Origin: a virus | Direction: 5' to 3' (one strand) | IMG/VR virus record: IMGVR_UViG_3300032265_001591 | Coordinates: 1-64,000 of that record | Length of the DNA stretch: 64,000 nt | In this document: piece by piece, positions 45,580 to 56,400 of the stretch | Numbering within the stretch: position 1 is the stretch's first letter | Layout of the letters: each line of letters begins with the position of its first letter | Position numbers and translations under genes: made by a program | Notes under the pieces: generated by a model | What the model saw: only the letters and a program-made list of their open reading frames with translations | Told to the model about the DNA's origin: nothing | The model's database searches: none

Positions 45580-46019
45580 TAGAGTTTAATCCCAAGTTCT
45601 TTTTCTGAAGCTATTAAAAATTTCCAGCCTTTTGCATTACAATATTTATTTGCGGATTCCCATTTTGCTTGGTTTACACCCCAAGTTTGCACCTCAGTTA
45701 AGTACCGCTTGTCTATTTGTTTCTTGGGAACTGGAGGAATGGTTTGAATATATGGCTTGACTTCAACCACGACGGTTTCAATTATGCCTTCTGTGTTTCT
45801 TTTTTTGATCCAGAAATCAGGAAAATAACGATGAACTTTTCCATCTATAGGAGACTTATAGGGTATAAAGAACTCTTCTGATGCCCACTCCAACACGTTT
45901 GGATTCTTATCCAAGTGCGCCATTAGCTTTAGTTCGTATAAAGACCGATAAATAATAGTAGTCGGGTTGCCTTTATATTTACTTGGATATTTTGCTTTGA
46001 AGTAACCTTTATAGCTCAT
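45579..46019 (-). CDS. 4: Head completion nuclease gp4
   Basis: KYKG.P..I.YRS.YE, HRYFPDF, EVKP, NQAKW; late promoter TATAAATA on minus strand at 46025-46032. Confidence 0.92.
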   Translation of the reverse strand: MSYKGYFKAKYPSKYKGNPTTIIYRSLYELKLMAHLDKNPNVLEWASEEFFIPYKSPIDGKVHRYFPDFWIKKRNTEGIIETVVVEVKPYIQTIPPVPKKQIDKRYLTEVQTWGVNQAKWESANKYCNAKGWKFLIASEKELGIKL

Positions 46020-46043
46020 AATCGTATTTATAGGAAAACATAA

Positions 46044-47264
46044 ATGTCAGTAAGTAGTTATACAAATAAAGCGGTTAACGGCGTCATTGGTGGTGTCACT
46101 AATGCGGCAGGAAGTCTATTAGATGGTGCATCAAAAGCGGTAGGTGGTTTATTTGATGGTGTTTCTGGAGCCGTTGGAGATGTCCTTGGCATATTTACTT
46201 CAGCTACAAGTGAGAAACATTGTACGATTACGCTAAGTTCTTGTGGAATTGGTGATGGAATTAAAAATGACCAAGTAGATCGATCTGGAATCAACAGATT
46301 AAATGAACAAAGACCCAAAGCAAAAAATATTACTGATGAAATGAATAAATATAAAGATGATAAGTCTTATAAGTTTCAAACATATCCTCCAGATTTAACA
46401 TATAGCAATTATTTTATACAATTAGAATTTGGTGAATACGTCAGACCATATTTTGGCGACAATAAACAAGATAGTACTAAATTTAATCCTTCATATAGGG
46501 TTGATCTACCGTTGCCACCCCAGTTAACAGATGCACAAGGGTTAGGTTGGCACACAGCTAACTTTGGAGCAACTGGATTAGCAATGAATGCTGTTCAAAA
46601 GATTGGAAATCTTGATTGGCAAAATAATCTTAGTGCAAGTTCTTGGACAGGACTTGCAAAAAAACTTGAAAATACTGCGGTAGGAATAGGTGAAGCGGCT
46701 TTATATGGATTAGGAACAGCAATGCAAAATCCAAACAGCAAAGTTCCAAATAGTGTTCTTGGTGTAGATCTTGCTGCGTCAATAGGAAATTTATTAGGTT
46801 ATTCAATGAACCCCTTTCCTGGGGCTTTTTACGTTGGACCAGAGCTTAGAGCATTTCAATTTTCATGGATATTTGTTCCAGAATCACGAGAAGAAATGCT
46901 TCTTCTTAAATCTATTATTAAACAGATAAGAAAAAGAACACTATCACAACCTGCTGGAGAAATAGGAGCATTCTTAAAATATCCTGAAATATGTAAAATA
47001 AAACTTTATCCTGATAAATTAAGTTCAATGTTTCCAATCAAAGAATGCGCGCTAACAGCAATCAATGTTGACTATGCACCATATGGGTTATCATTTCATA
47101 ATGATAAAAATCCAACAGCTATTGGAATTGGACTAGTGTTTGCTGAAATACGACCATTATTTAGAGAAGATATTGATGATACTGGAGAATTTTATGATAC
47201 TTCTGGAAAAGTCGTTCCAAATGCAATTAAGCCATTAGATCCTTTGGGAGTATTCACTAAATGA
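46044..47264 (+). CDS. Baseplate tail tube cap gp48-like
   Basis: NP.....Y.GP.LR.F.F.W.F.P.S..E, C.LT.I.VDY.P. Confidence 0.75.
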   Translation: MSVSSYTNKAVNGVIGGVTNAAGSLLDGASKAVGGLFDGVSGAVGDVLGIFTSATSEKHCTITLSSCGIGDGIKNDQVDRSGINRLNEQRPKAKNITDEMNKYKDDKSYKFQTYPPDLTYSNYFIQLEFGEYVRPYFGDNKQDSTKFNPSYRVDLPLPPQLTDAQGLGWHTANFGATGLAMNAVQKIGNLDWQNNLSASSWTGLAKKLENTAVGIGEAALYGLGTAMQNPNSKVPNSVLGVDLAASIGNLLGYSMNPFPGAFYVGPELRAFQFSWIFVPESREEMLLLKSIIKQIRKRTLSQPAGEIGAFLKYPEICKIKLYPDKLSSMFPIKECALTAINVDYAPYGLSFHNDKNPTAIGIGLVFAEIRPLFREDIDDTGEFYDTSGKVVPNAIKPLDPLGVFTK

Positions 47265-48094
47265 AATATTTTTCAAATCTTCCAATCATATCTTATGCTA
47301 ATAATCTTGCACGGAATATTTTTTCACGTGTCAAGATAAGTAATACACCTCAGTATTACCCATATACCATGAATGAAGGACAAAAAATTGAACATATTGC
47401 ATATGACTATTACCAAGATTCGGATGATGTTTGGATATTACATCATATCAATAATGTAGTAGACCCATATTTTGATTATTCTTTAAGTCGAATTGATTTT
47501 GATCGTTACATTGAAAAGAAATATGGTTCAATATATAAGGCTCAAAGAGACATTGCTTTCTATCATACCCATTATTACAATGATGATTCTACTTTAGATG
47601 TATCAGAATATAATTCTCTTACACCGAGTTCACGTAAAAAGTATTGGGCTCCAGTCTTGGATTTATATGGTAATCCCTATGAATACGTTAGGTCTAAAGA
47701 AGATATTGTGATTTCAACAAATAAAATAATTAGTGCAAATATTACTTTAACAACTAACACCACTTTCGCTACTGGTGAAAAGATAACTCAAAGCACAAGT
47801 GGAGGAACAGCTTTCGTTGCATTTAGTAATTCATCTATGCTAACAATACAGCATATTACTGGAACTATTAATGCTAATAATATTACTGGTAATGATTCCG
47901 GTGCAGTTGCAACTGTTCAAGATGTAACGACCATAAGCACTCCAATATCAGAAGATGAGTTTGTATACTTCATACCAATTTCTTATTATGATTATGAATT
48001 AGATTTAAACACAAAGAAAAAGAATATTAATGTTCTCGATAAAGCTTATACGGATATTGTAAGTTCTCAATTTAGGCAATTGATCAATGACTAA
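47261..48094 (+). CDS. 53: Baseplate wedge protein gp53
   Basis: YF..LP.I.Y, IAYDYY....W.L...N...DP, YI.KKYGS. Confidence 0.85.
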   Translation: MKYFSNLPIISYANNLARNIFSRVKISNTPQYYPYTMNEGQKIEHIAYDYYQDSDDVWILHHINNVVDPYFDYSLSRIDFDRYIEKKYGSIYKAQRDIAFYHTHYYNDDSTLDVSEYNSLTPSSRKKYWAPVLDLYGNPYEYVRSKEDIVISTNKIISANITLTTNTTFATGEKITQSTSGGTAFVAFSNSSMLTIQHITGTINANNITGNDSGAVATVQDVTTISTPISEDEFVYFIPISYYDYELDLNTKKKNINVLDKAYTDIVSSQFRQLIND

Positions 48095-49343
48095 TAACAA
48101 TGAATTGAATTATGACATATTAATAACTGCAATTAATATCATATCTTATGATGGAAAAACTAAACAGAGTATAATCTCTCAAGTCTCCAGTATTGACATT
48201 TATGAATCAATATTCAATGCGCTCGTAAGCTGCGATGTTGAAATAATTGACCAGATCAATATCATTGAAACATTTCCTTTATTGAGACAAAAAGTATATC
48301 TTGAGATGGAATACTCTACTCCTAAACTTGAAGGCAGTGTGAAAAGAAGATTTATTGTAAATGAGATTGGATTGCGTACATATGACAATCAACTTAAAAC
48401 TTCTAAATATGTTTTACAGTGCTTAAGCGAAGAAGTTATTCAACATTCAAACCAAGTTGTGACAGAAGCAATTACTGGAGAAGAGATCTCTAAAGCAATT
48501 CCTCGATTCGTAAAAACATATTTAAACTCTAATAAAAAAGTATCAGTAGATAATACTAAAGGCACTCAGTCTATTCAAGTTCTAAATCTCAAACCGTTAA
48601 AAGCAATAGATTTCTTAAGAAAGAAAGCAATATCTAAATCATATGTATCCAATACTTTTCTTTTCTTTGAGAACGTACATGGGTTTCATTTTGTGACGCT
48701 TGAATGGTTAATAAGCAATATCAAAGGTCCGGCCGATGCTAAGTTTTTTCTTAAATTAGGTGATGATCCATCAGTTGCAAGATTTAGAAACATATTAGGT
48801 TATCAGGGAATAGTGCAAGATAACGCTACAGATATTATTGCATCAGGTGGTTTACATACAGTTCATAAACGTTTAGATATTGCAACTGGTGTAGTAACTG
48901 AGTTTGTGACTAAACCAAACATTGAAGCATTCCTTAGAGGCGCTGGAGTCAATATTTCTCCTCATCTTTCTACGTTCATTACTGATAACAGCAAACAGCC
49001 TGCAATCACAGTGTTTACAGTATGGGATTCTACTCAAGGTGAAACGTTCTCATATGAACAACCTTTAAGAGATTTTTATATTAATTTATGCACAAGTAAT
49101 ATAACGAGAATACACGTGTATGGTGATGCAGCATTGACATGTGGAGACACAGTTGATCTACAGTTGCCAGTAGCAAGTAGTGATGTAGAAGATATGAAAA
49201 AAGTTAACTATAGCAAATACATGTCTGGGAAATTTCTAATTTCAAAAATTAGACATATGATAAGCGTTCAAGGAAATGCTTCATTTTCATATCGTATGTC
49301 TTTAGAGTTAATACGACCAGCATATGGAGAAACTATACTATGA
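48087..49343 (+). CDS. Baseplate hub (gp27-like)
   Basis: IDIYESI, FLFFEN..GF.F, V.GD..L..G, SGK.LI..IRH; lies between gp53 and gp5. Confidence 0.7.
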   Translation: MTNNNELNYDILITAINIISYDGKTKQSIISQVSSIDIYESIFNALVSCDVEIIDQINIIETFPLLRQKVYLEMEYSTPKLEGSVKRRFIVNEIGLRTYDNQLKTSKYVLQCLSEEVIQHSNQVVTEAITGEEISKAIPRFVKTYLNSNKKVSVDNTKGTQSIQVLNLKPLKAIDFLRKKAISKSYVSNTFLFFENVHGFHFVTLEWLISNIKGPADAKFFLKLGDDPSVARFRNILGYQGIVQDNATDIIASGGLHTVHKRLDIATGVVTEFVTKPNIEAFLRGAGVNISPHLSTFITDNSKQPAITVFTVWDSTQGETFSYEQPLRDFYINLCTSNITRIHVYGDAALTCGDTVDLQLPVASSDVEDMKKVNYSKYMSGKFLISKIRHMISVQGNASFSYRMSLELIRPAYGETIL

Positions 49344-50071
49344 ATAGTTTAAATGATTTAGGAGGAGACGGACTTCTTCGGTGGTTCATAGGTACAGTAG
49401 AAGACATCAATGATCCTTTAAAATTAGGCAGAGCTAAAGTAAGAATTCCTGCATTACAAGATGGAATCTATACTGAAAACTTAATCTGGGCTCGTCCAAT
49501 TAGTCCAGTGCAAAGCGCAAGCTATTATGGGATTGGAATCTCACCTAATGGTCTTCTCAATGGATCACAAGTCTTTGGTTTCTTTTTAACAGGAACTGAA
49601 GGAAATATTCCAATGATAATTGGATCAATTTCTAAACACAATAACAATGATCCAAATTTAAGTGATGTGAATGCTCTTGCTAGAGAAGTAAATGACATAC
49701 CAAAAACACAAATTGATTATGAAAGTTCTGCTAACCCTGGCGTAACATTCAAAGAACCAAAACCAACATACGCTGCTAAGTACCCTTATAATCATGTAAT
49801 GAGAACTATATCTGGGCACACTGTTGAATTTGATGATACGCCTGGTGCAAATAGAATTCACATTTATCATTCATCTGGAACATACATTGAGATTTCCGCA
49901 GATGGCAGTCAGGCTACTCATATTAAAGGTAACAATACAAACGTTACTCTTAAAGATGAAAAAGTCTTTGTTGAAGGTAAGTCAACCATCATCGTAAAGG
50001 GAGAAGCAGAAATCTATTCAGATACTAAGATAACACTTCAAGCTCCTGAAGTAAGTATAAACGGAGGTTGA
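49340..50071 (+). CDS. 5: Baseplate spike gp5 (OB fold plus beta-helix, no lysozyme domain)
   Basis: WF.G.VED..DPL.LGR.KVRI, YPYNHV..T.SGH..EFDDTPG. Confidence 0.88.
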   Translation: MNSLNDLGGDGLLRWFIGTVEDINDPLKLGRAKVRIPALQDGIYTENLIWARPISPVQSASYYGIGISPNGLLNGSQVFGFFLTGTEGNIPMIIGSISKHNNNDPNLSDVNALAREVNDIPKTQIDYESSANPGVTFKEPKPTYAAKYPYNHVMRTISGHTVEFDDTPGANRIHIYHSSGTYIEISADGSQATHIKGNNTNVTLKDEKVFVEGKSTIIVKGEAEIYSDTKITLQAPEVSINGG

Positions 50072-50072
50072 T

Positions 50073-51164
50073 ATGGTTATCGTATGTATGAATGGACCAT
50101 TTGGTGGATTTGATTCTTTATACAATCAAATCAAAGACAGTTTAACGCATCCTCCTTTGTTTTCAAGAATTGTAGTTCCAGACATCATTGGAACCCTCCA
50201 AGAAAAGATGTTCTCGACGGTTGAAGATATTGTTGATGCTGCAGGTAATTTAGTTGAAAGAACTAGATCTTATATCAGCATCGTTAACATGGAAGTTTGT
50301 CATTTACTATCACATTTAAATGATATGTCTTTTTTTGATCTAATCATTAAAGGCGTTAAAAAGATACTTGATTTTGTTGGGCTTAGTAATCTTTTTCGTT
50401 CATTCTTTCCAAAGATTTTAGGATTAGGAATATCCATTTACGATATTATTGTTGGCGGAATATCTCCTAAAGAAATCTACAAAGCAATACGAGAAGCAAT
50501 TGACAATGGTTTAGATGTTCTTTGGAGTTTTGTTCCAAAACCATTTTATATTGATTTAAATCTTCCTGACATTTCTTTACCTAATATTTTTCAAATGATT
50601 ATGAAACAATATAAGGACATTATTTTAAAGCCAATCATGGATTTGGTAGGTATACTTACTGACTTTTTAGATAGCATATCTTTAGGCTTATTTAGTTTTA
50701 CTCTTCCTCAAGTTCCATCTATTGGTGAAATAGTCAATAAGCTTTATGAAAAAATTAAAGTGTTTGCAATTGCTAAGGCTATTGATTTAAAAGATATGGT
50801 CATGGGAGGATTTAATGAGGTAATGTCTCTTGCTAGAAAAATGATGAATTTTGGAATGAAAATTTCTGATCTACTAAATGGATTATCTTTTGGCAGTCTT
50901 ACGGGATGGCTATTTAAAGCAATAGACAATATGTTTAATACAGTGAAAATGATGAGTGTTGAATTGCTGATGCAAGTTAATAATATGATTGATTCAATTT
51001 ACAATTTTCTGTATAAGACAATATGGGATTTTATTACAAGTTTACCCGTGATCGGTGATATAATTAAAGCTATATTTTCTCCAATATGTATTCCAATTCC
51101 AACTGTTCAAGATGCGGTAAATGAAGCAACGAGTGTGGTTGCTTCTGCTATTCCGCGGGTATAA
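50073..51164 (+). CDS. Hypothetical amphipathic/hydrophobic protein
   Basis: 363-aa ORF between gp5 and gp25. Confidence 0.7.
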   Translation: MVIVCMNGPFGGFDSLYNQIKDSLTHPPLFSRIVVPDIIGTLQEKMFSTVEDIVDAAGNLVERTRSYISIVNMEVCHLLSHLNDMSFFDLIIKGVKKILDFVGLSNLFRSFFPKILGLGISIYDIIVGGISPKEIYKAIREAIDNGLDVLWSFVPKPFYIDLNLPDISLPNIFQMIMKQYKDIILKPIMDLVGILTDFLDSISLGLFSFTLPQVPSIGEIVNKLYEKIKVFAIAKAIDLKDMVMGGFNEVMSLARKMMNFGMKISDLLNGLSFGSLTGWLFKAIDNMFNTVKMMSVELLMQVNNMIDSIYNFLYKTIWDFITSLPVIGDIIKAIFSPICIPIPTVQDAVNEATSVVASAIPRV

Positions 51165-51185
51165 ATAGGAATAAAAAGAACTACT

Positions 51186-51611
51186 ATGGATATAACTTTT
51201 TCAGATAGAAAAACTACAGTACTTCCAAAAACTGAATACTTCAGTGACTTTCTCGTCAATTTGGATGCCCATCCAGATAACATGCAATTGGTAAAAAACA
51301 TCAATGAAAAGGCTGTAATTAGATCTATTAGGAATCTTTTATTTACAAATAAATATGAAAGACTATTTCAACCAGACATTGGTTGTGAGATAAACAAGAT
51401 ACTTTTTGAACCACTCACTCCAGCATCAGTATCTGCTTTAAAGACGGTAATTGAAAATACTATTCAAAGATATGAACCAAGAGCTGGACTTTTAGAAGTA
51501 ATAGTAACTCCATATATAGAACAAAATTTATTAGTAGTTACTATTAAGTTTTTCATCTCAAATAGTCAGCAGCCTGTATCTTTCACCGTTCAACTATCAA
51601 GAGTTCGATAA
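51186..51611 (+). CDS. 25: Baseplate wedge protein gp25
   Basis: SIRNL..T...ER.FQP..G, YEPR; late promoter TATAAATA at 51160-51167. Confidence 0.92.
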   Translation: MDITFSDRKTTVLPKTEYFSDFLVNLDAHPDNMQLVKNINEKAVIRSIRNLLFTNKYERLFQPDIGCEINKILFEPLTPASVSALKTVIENTIQRYEPRAGLLEVIVTPYIEQNLLVVTIKFFISNSQQPVSFTVQLSRVR

Positions 51612-53401
51612 TGGCAAATAACAGTATAAATTTAGTCAATCTTGACTTTGCTTCATTCAAAACTCAGTTAAAAACATATCTTAAATCACAAGATATTTTT
51701 AAAGATTATGATTTTGAAGGAAGTAATATGTCCGTTCTATTGGACATACTTTCATATAATACTTATACGAACTCATTCTATTTGAACATGATTGGTAATG
51801 AAATGTTTATGGATACTGCTGTATTACGTGACAGCGTAGTCTCTCATGCTAAGATGTTGAATTATGTTCCAAGATCTTTTAAGTCAGCTCGTGCCATCGT
51901 TGATCTTACAGTTTATGGTGGAAACACATCAGTTACTTCAATCATTGCACCAAAGGGCACCTCGTTCACTTCTAGGGTTGGTTCTAATAACTTCGTATTT
52001 GTCACTGATCAGAATCTAATTCTTACCGGAACCGATGGAACATACTCAGCTGAAAATGTAGACATTTACGAAGGTGATTACGTTAGTGAAAGTTTTGTTG
52101 TCAATTATGCAAATACTACTCAACGATACATTTTAAATAGCACTAATATTGATACGGATTCAATTACCATTGCTTCTATTGAAGATAATGGTGGTAATAC
52201 TATCCATTATACACTAGCAACATCATTACTTGATAAGACTAGCAATTCGCAAATATATTTTGTTCAAGCTGCACAAAATGAAAAATATGAAGTTTTATTT
52301 GGTGATGGAATTAGTGGTAGAAAACCAAAAGATAATGCTGTTGTCTTATGTGAATATCGTGTAACAAATGGTGAAATTCCTAATGGTGCATTTAAATTTA
52401 TATCTGACGGCGCTATTGGCGGACTATCAAACGTTCAAGTTGGCACAATTGCTGCCGCAATAGGTGGTTCAGTTAATGAATCAATTGAATCTGTTAAATT
52501 TAATGCTCCACGTTATTTTACGGCTCAGGAAAGAGCAATCACTACTGAAGATTATGAAAATCTTTTGAAAATTAATTTTCCAGAAGTTCTTGCTGTATCA
52601 GCTTATGGCGGTCAAGATGTAGATCCTCCACAATATGGTCGGGTGTTTGTTGCTGTTGATATTGATCAAGTTGATGGCTTACCTGCAAGTAAGCGTGATG
52701 AGTATTATAGTTTCTTAAAGACAAGATGCCCGGTATCTATTGAACCAATTATCATTGAGCCTGAAATGACATTTGTTTATATTTCAAGTCTTGTTCGTTA
52801 CAATATTAACACTACAGATTTGTCAGCTGGTGATATTAAATCATTTGTCTTATCAGCCATTAGCACTTATTCTACTACTTATCTAAATGATTTTAATAAA
52901 ACATTAAGATATAGTCAATTAGTCACTACTATTGATAATGCAAATGAAAACATTGTTGGTAATGAAACGGACATTGAAGCAGTTAAGAAGATTCGCCCAC
53001 AATTGAATAGTAATACTCCTATTGTATTAGATTTTAATTTTGCTTTAGAGAGTGGTGTTACTTCTGGTAAATTGCGGCATAATAATAGAAGTACTAGTCC
53101 AGTATTTTCTAGTAGTTTTGATTTTCAAAATCGTGTCGCTAGATTACAAGATGATGGTTTAGGTAGTCTTAATATAGTAAAAGCAGATAGTACTTCAATT
53201 GAGAAATTAGCTCCGGCTGGAACCGTCGACTATACAACTGGAAGATTGAATATTACAGGATTAAATATTCAATCATATTATGGTTCAAGCATTAAAATTT
53301 ATGTTAGACCTCTACTTAAAGATATATTCTCAACTAAGAATTCAATATTGCAAATAGTTGCAGACGATGTTGAAATTGCAATTGAACAGGTTCGTATATA
53401 A
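51611..53401 (+). CDS. 6: Baseplate wedge protein gp6
   Basis: LDF...K..L, DYDFEGS..S.LLD.L.YNT, FGDG..G, Q.RA.T..DY. Confidence 0.93.
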   Translation: MANNSINLVNLDFASFKTQLKTYLKSQDIFKDYDFEGSNMSVLLDILSYNTYTNSFYLNMIGNEMFMDTAVLRDSVVSHAKMLNYVPRSFKSARAIVDLTVYGGNTSVTSIIAPKGTSFTSRVGSNNFVFVTDQNLILTGTDGTYSAENVDIYEGDYVSESFVVNYANTTQRYILNSTNIDTDSITIASIEDNGGNTIHYTLATSLLDKTSNSQIYFVQAAQNEKYEVLFGDGISGRKPKDNAVVLCEYRVTNGEIPNGAFKFISDGAIGGLSNVQVGTIAAAIGGSVNESIESVKFNAPRYFTAQERAITTEDYENLLKINFPEVLAVSAYGGQDVDPPQYGRVFVAVDIDQVDGLPASKRDEYYSFLKTRCPVSIEPIIIEPEMTFVYISSLVRYNINTTDLSAGDIKSFVLSAISTYSTTYLNDFNKTLRYSQLVTTIDNANENIVGNETDIEAVKKIRPQLNSNTPIVLDFNFALESGVTSGKLRHNNRSTSPVFSSSFDFQNRVARLQDDGLGSLNIVKADSTSIEKLAPAGTVDYTTGRLNITGLNIQSYYGSSIKIYVRPLLKDIFSTKNSILQIVADDVEIAIEQVRI

Positions 53402-56400
53402 TGAAAGATATTGAAAAAAATATATCGACATTAATCCAGTCACAATTTCCTTCTTTCTATAATGAAGAAGGAGAGATGTTCATTGCTTTTGTTAAAGCGT
53501 ACTATGAATGGTTAGAAGAAAACGGAAATACTCTATATCATTCTCGCCGTCTTTTAGAATATAGTGATGTTGATAGAACTTTAGATACTTTCATAAAGCA
53601 ATTTAAAGAACAATATTTAAAGAATATTGTATTCACTACTGATTCAAATAAACAACTTTTTATTAAGCACGCATTAGAATTCTATAAGTCTAAAGGATCT
53701 CAAAGATCTATAGACCTATTTTTTAGACTAGTCTATGGTATTCCTGCAGAAGTTTATGTTCCAGCAGATGACATCTTTAGGTTATCTGCTAGTGAATACA
53801 CAACTCCGTATTATCTTGAAGTCACTCGTCAACCTAATAATATCAATTTTGTAGGAAGCCAAATTACAGGAGCTCTTTCTGGCGCTACGGCTTTCGTTGA
53901 AAAATTAATTAGAAAAAGAATTAATTCTCAAAACATTGATGTTTTTTTCATATCAAACATCAATAAAGATTTTCAAGTTCATGAACCAATTTCTTATTCT
54001 AACAATTTTAGTGATTCACCTAGAATCATTGGATCACTTTCTAGGTTTGAAGTAATTGCAGGTGGTTCAGGATTTGCTGTAGGAGACATCGTTGATATTG
54101 ATTCAACTACTACAGGAGCTCAAGCAAAAGGTCGAGTAACAGAAGTTGATAATGTTACAGGCGTTGTTGAATTTGCATTAGTCGATGGCGGATGGGGATT
54201 TTCTACTAATGCTCAAGTCATTGTGTCTGAGAGAGTATTAGTTGTTAATAATGTGATTATGGCAAATACCTCTGTTCCAAACACATACTTGCTATTTGAG
54301 AAAGTTACACAACCATTAGCAAATATCATATTCACAACGATAACGGGTGCGTTTGCTCCAAAAGATGTATTTCAAAAATATCATTCAAATGGTTCGCTTG
54401 CAGCAAATGGAAGAATTTTAGCAGTCACTCAAAATACTGTAACTAAAACTGGTGAGTTGTTAGTCAATACGAACAGAGGAAATGTTGAACTTGGAACAAG
54501 CACGCTTTACATATCTGGAAATGCTACGTATGCTACTGCTACAAGCATTACTGATAAGACAGCAACCGCAAATGTTATGGGTGTTTCTAGCAATATAGTT
54601 TTATATTGCTATGATTCACATGGTTCATTTAAAATAAATGATGAAGTTTATCAAGGAAATTCAACTGTTGAATGGGCAAATGGCATAGTCTATAATGCAA
54701 TAGGAACATCAGCAAATCTAACATTAACAATATCTAATGTCAATGGGATATTCCGACCATCCGTTGCAAATATATACGCAAGAGCTTCCATTTCTACATA
54801 TGCACAAGTAAATTCATTTTCTACAGCCATTGGGGTTTACGATGTAGATAATGCATTTTCTAAACTTGAATCAAATTATATTAGAGCTCAAACTCCATCT
54901 GGGTTTGTAGTTGTTTCTACTGGTGGTGCTGGATTTGTTAATGCTCAAGCATTAACTTTGATTGGTGGTACTTCAACTATTAGCACGGCTACTGCCACAG
55001 CTACTACAAATGCTACTGGTGGATTAACAAGAGTAACCATTACATCAGGATTATCTAATTACATAGATAATGAAACTCTCACAATTCAAAGTGGAACATC
55101 ATCTACAAATGCTACTGGTGTCATCAATATTATTCCTGGCTCATCAACTATAGCAAATATCGAACTTGTTAGTGAAGGTTCTCTAGCCGGATTCTCAGTT
55201 GGCGGTTTATCACATGAAGAAACTGTAGTAGTTAATCAAGATTTAATTTCTTCAAACAATGCAGCAAACGTATATTTTACAAATACTGCATTTATCTTAG
55301 ATGGTACTGGTTCTGGCATTTCTTCAAATGGTTATGGGTTTATTAAATTTCCAGTTGGAAACATAAATTCTATTATTCTTGACTGTTTAGATATTTCAAG
55401 CAAAGTAGTTGGTACTATTACTGCAATTACTGGTATTAGTAAGGGCACAAACTATACGCTTGATCCATTTGTTGCAGTAGTTGAACCTGCAATTGTTGCA
55501 CAGGGTGCAAATGATTATATCTTTACAGTTATGAACGCAACAGGAAACTTTGCTAATGGTGAATTAATTCAACAAAGTAGAAACATTGCAAATGTTAACA
55601 TATTAACAGTATCAAGTGCTACGAGTGGTAATGTAGATATACTCACTGTTACTGATGCAACCGCTCCTTTCACTCTTGGAGAAATAATTTATCAATCAAA
55701 TGGCACTGCAAATATTGGTTATGGTACTTTGCAAACTTCTGTCATTACTTCTAATGCTGGAACGATGACCATCAGGCCAGTATCAAATGGGTTTTCAAAT
55801 GGTGTTTATAAAATAAAAGGTGCAACTTCAGGTGCAAATGCGACTGTAACATTAGTAAGTTATAACTTCTTCCAGGTAAATGAACAAATTCAACAATATG
55901 CCAATAGCACGACAGTTGTTGCTAATGCAATTGTTCAAAGTGTTTCTATAAACCCAACAACACGAGTTGGATCAATTACAATTAATTCTGTTTCTTCTAA
56001 TTTTCAAGTGTCTTCGAATAGTTCAAATGGTTTGATTAGAGGAACTTTAACCGTTGCAAACGCTATTGTTGACACCGTGAATACTGCTAACATAACCGTC
56101 AACACGCAAGCCCTTATTCACGGTGTTGTAAATGATTCAACACTATATGTTAAACGGTTAAGCCTTGCAAATTTCTTTGAAGTCACAACTAATAGTATGG
56201 TTATTGGTTTATCTTCAGGTGTTTCTGCTAACTTAGTAGCATTTGATTATGATGATACAAAGTCAGGAATCAATGCAAACGTTACTGCTAATTCAACTAT
56301 CGCCAATGGTCACGTAGTTTCACTTGACTTAGCTGATTCTGGCTTTGGATATGCAAATGGTGATGTTTTAGATTTTATCTCACAAGATGGTTCACTACTT

